DNA from: Marsupella aquatica
Taxonomy: Eukaryota > Plantae > Marchantiophyta
NCBI GenBank assembly: GCA_973895155.1
Contig: OZ316892.1
Location: 19,011,457 to 19,075,456 of the forward strand
Direction of reading: 5' to 3'
Length of the DNA stretch: 64,000 nt
Below are positions 61,280 through 64,000 of this stretch, in pieces. The translations under genes and the position numbers were made by a program. The notes beneath the pieces were generated by a model. It saw nothing but the letters and a program-made list of their open reading frames with translations, did no database searches and was not told the origin of the DNA. Position 1 is the stretch's first letter; each line of letters starts with the position of its first letter.

Positions 61280-63137
61280 AAGCAACGTGCCGCACATAAT
61301 TTTCAATAGGTCCAGATTGTTCACATACATTATAGTTCAATGGCTGAGACGTTGACATCAGAGGGTCAACGACCATTAGGTTGAACCTGTTGATCTACAT
61401 AATTAGGGGAAGACTTGGATATGATCATCTTGCCTTGGTCCAGTCGGTGCACAGATTTTTCCAACAATTGAGATGAGTGATGACCATGTGCTTGTAGAGT
61501 GAACTCGCTGAAAATAACGACTACAGTAAATACTCGAGAATTAGTCCAGCTGGTCTACAGACAGTCCAAAAATTGAGACTAGTACGACCATAATCCGAGG
61601 GCCGAACCTGCTGTCCAGGTCAAGTCAAGAGTGGCTAAATTAGTGCGCAAGCTCATTGAAAGATGTCAATCCAGCAGATGAGAGCTTACTACAGCTACAC
61701 TTCAGGGGTTTGGGGGCACTTCTATCCAGGTTACTAGTTGCTAGGAACGCAACTTTTAGTGAAGTGTAGAAGATTGCTGTTCAGATTATCCCGAGTTGCA
61801 TGTATAGAGTTTCGTAAAACTTTCAAGGTCCTTAAGCACGTCTGTAACGCCTGATGAACGTTTGTTTGATCATGAGTACGACATTTAGATTAATAAAAAT
61901 TATTTGGCTCATAATCAAGTTCACGTTGGACGATTAGGAGGGCAAATCTCGCCATTGAAACCTGAATTGCAATCAAGACTAGGCTGGAGCAATGTTCGCA
62001 AGCAGCTTAAGCTTTAGAGTGAATTCAGGGAGAGTTGTCTGAGCAGAACCTGGTTGTGGCAATTACTCAGCAGTCCTTGGCATTCTCTTGGATTGTAGTT
62101 TTGGTGCCTTGGACGTCCTAGGCATTGTAACGTGAATAATAGAATCTGATCACAGAGGCTGCAAACTTATATTGTAGGGTCTAGAGACATCTACATTTAG
62201 ACCATTCCATCCCAAGTGATTGGCCTACCAACACCTATTCCTGAAATGAGCTTTCAGAGTTAAAGAGTGTGTTTCTCTCTAGAGACTTCTACTTCGTTTA
62301 GACCGTTGCACCTCGAGTGAGCGGCCCACCAACACCCACTTGTTCCTGAAAATTGGCTTTTCATAGTTAAGAGTCTATTTCGGACTTTAATCCACGGCCA
62401 ACTACCGACAGCCTTGTGGCCCTGTTAAGACTAAAGAAGATCCTATCCAGTAAAGGTGTGAATGAGTCCAGTTATTGAGGCATTTAATACAATTCATTAA
62501 AACTAGTTGTTGGCACTACGTATGAATTGTTTTCAACAAAGACATTCCAGTGATAAAAGACCCCAAAAAAGTTTGTGGGTGTTCAGTAGAATCTAACCGG
62601 CCTTGTGTTACAAATTGTGGAGACAACGGAGCTAGACACATTGTAGTGGTAGAAGACCAATTTTCTTCTAGTGTGTGTTCAGTAAAATCTAAGCGGCCTT
62701 ATGTTAGAGTGGTGGAGACTAACTGACTAAGGGAGCTCGACGACTGTGCAAAATGGAGCTGAAATGTATGAATAATGTCGTGCGGGCCAACATCTACTGC
62801 GAGAAGGAGTATAATCTTTTCCGCCTATGAATGTCTGTGACTTCCAATTGAAAGGGTGTCCATTTAGTTGGACATTTCACATTTAGAATAGTCTGGCTAT
62901 AGTGACGAGACGAGGCACGAAGAATGGGAATGGCTCCAAACAAACAGCCTCCTCAGAGGTTCTATCCACTGCGGGCAGCTGACAGGTTAGCTCACAGTCC
63001 GAGCAAATATCTGGGAAGGAGGTAGTCATATCCTTGGATTTGAAGGAATTACTCATCACGGCCAGGATGGGATGAAGTAATTAAGAGTACACCAGATACA
63101 CAAACAAATGAATTGAATTCATTCGAGTCAAACGATC

Positions 63138-63265
63138 CCCCAAAAAGGGCTAGGGATGCAAAGTACACAAATGCATAAAACAAATATGGACAATGAGAGG
63201 ACCCCAAAAAGGGCCAGGGATGCAAAGTACACGAATGCATAAAACAAATATGGACAATGAGAGGA
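63138..63265. repeat. 64-bp tandem duplication
   Basis: CCCCAAAAAGGGC(T/C)AGGGATGCAAAGTACAC(A/G)AATGCATAAAACAAATATGGACAATGAGAGGA occurs twice. Confidence 0.95.
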
Positions 63266-64000
63266 ACTAAAGTGGCTGACACACTTTCACCTAAATTGTC
63301 TTCTCTATCTGCACTAATTGTTGAATGAACAGGGTCATGAATGCATGGTGCTCACGAGCTGTTGTAGGATTTCTCCAAAGAAATATGCACCTGAGTTGGG
63401 AGGGAGAGCGAAGACTCTATAGCTCTGAATCTGAGACTGCAATATAGCCAGAACACTGTCATCCGAAGAAGCAATCGGTCAATTGCTGAAGCACGAAACA
63501 GTCAACGATGAACCTTCAGTGGAACTGGTTTCCACTGAGCACATGATGATAACAACTTCCAAGAAGGAGAACGGACTCAGAGCAGAGATGCCCCTTGACA
63601 TGCTGTTGCTTGAGCTGTATTAGCATGTTCACTAATGGGAATAAATTATTTACCTAATTTTCTTAATTAATTTATGATCGTTAGATCTAGCGAATGGGGT
63701 CTGTGATTTAAGGTGGGAATTTCCTTATCTAATTTCTTTATACCAACTTGTTCCATCTCCCTAGATTTAAGGATAGTCTTCAGGTTTTTTACTAATGAGG
63801 TCTAAGTGAGAAAAGGGCTACTCAAAGACAGAAAAACCTGGTCAAAGAATCTTAAAAAGTGACCAAGAATTTTGGCAAAATTTGGCTAGTATTAGTCACG
63901 GAGAAAACTGTGATTATGTCACCAGACTCACAGGGCCGACACCAAGTCCAGCAGCCGCTTCAGTCCAACCTCCACGTGGAGTCAATGACGGCCTCTTCAG

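Noticed and set aside
62661-62675. TTTTCTTCTAGTGTG, identical to the CACTA terminus at 14499-14513
   Set aside because: It has the same orientation as the real end, so it cannot be the partner TIR. It has no subterminal similarity and is part of a small local palindrome.

Overview
Land-plant nuclear DNA with spliceosomal GT-AG introns; probably a non-seed plant, but the species cannot be determined. Positions 1-14511 are the 5' portion of a large minus-strand CACTA (En/Spm) transposon. Its terminus, CACTAGAAGAAAACGTC, is at 14495-14511. It carries an uninterrupted three-exon TnpD transposase and a TnpA-like gene that runs off the window. Between the terminus and the transposase are three co-oriented, intact, intronless cargo ORFs: a tandem-BRCT protein resembling the DNA polymerase lambda BRCT, a stand-alone EDM2-type composite PHD module, and a small Cys/His finger protein. 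A captured, dead RPL18a exon also lies there. This chromatin-reader/DNA-repair cargo cassette is the most interesting object in the window. Positions 15-36 kb and 45-55 kb are nested, decayed repeats: Copia, LINEs, two TIR families with 8-bp TSDs and a tRNA-derived SINE-like family. Two intact host genes are present: a vacuolar-type GH32 acid invertase with the 9-nt DPN mini-exon (38129-41623) and the plastid MEP-pathway enzyme HDS/IspG (56309-61279, 13 exons). Domain assignments come from motif recognition and recalled sequences, not database searches.
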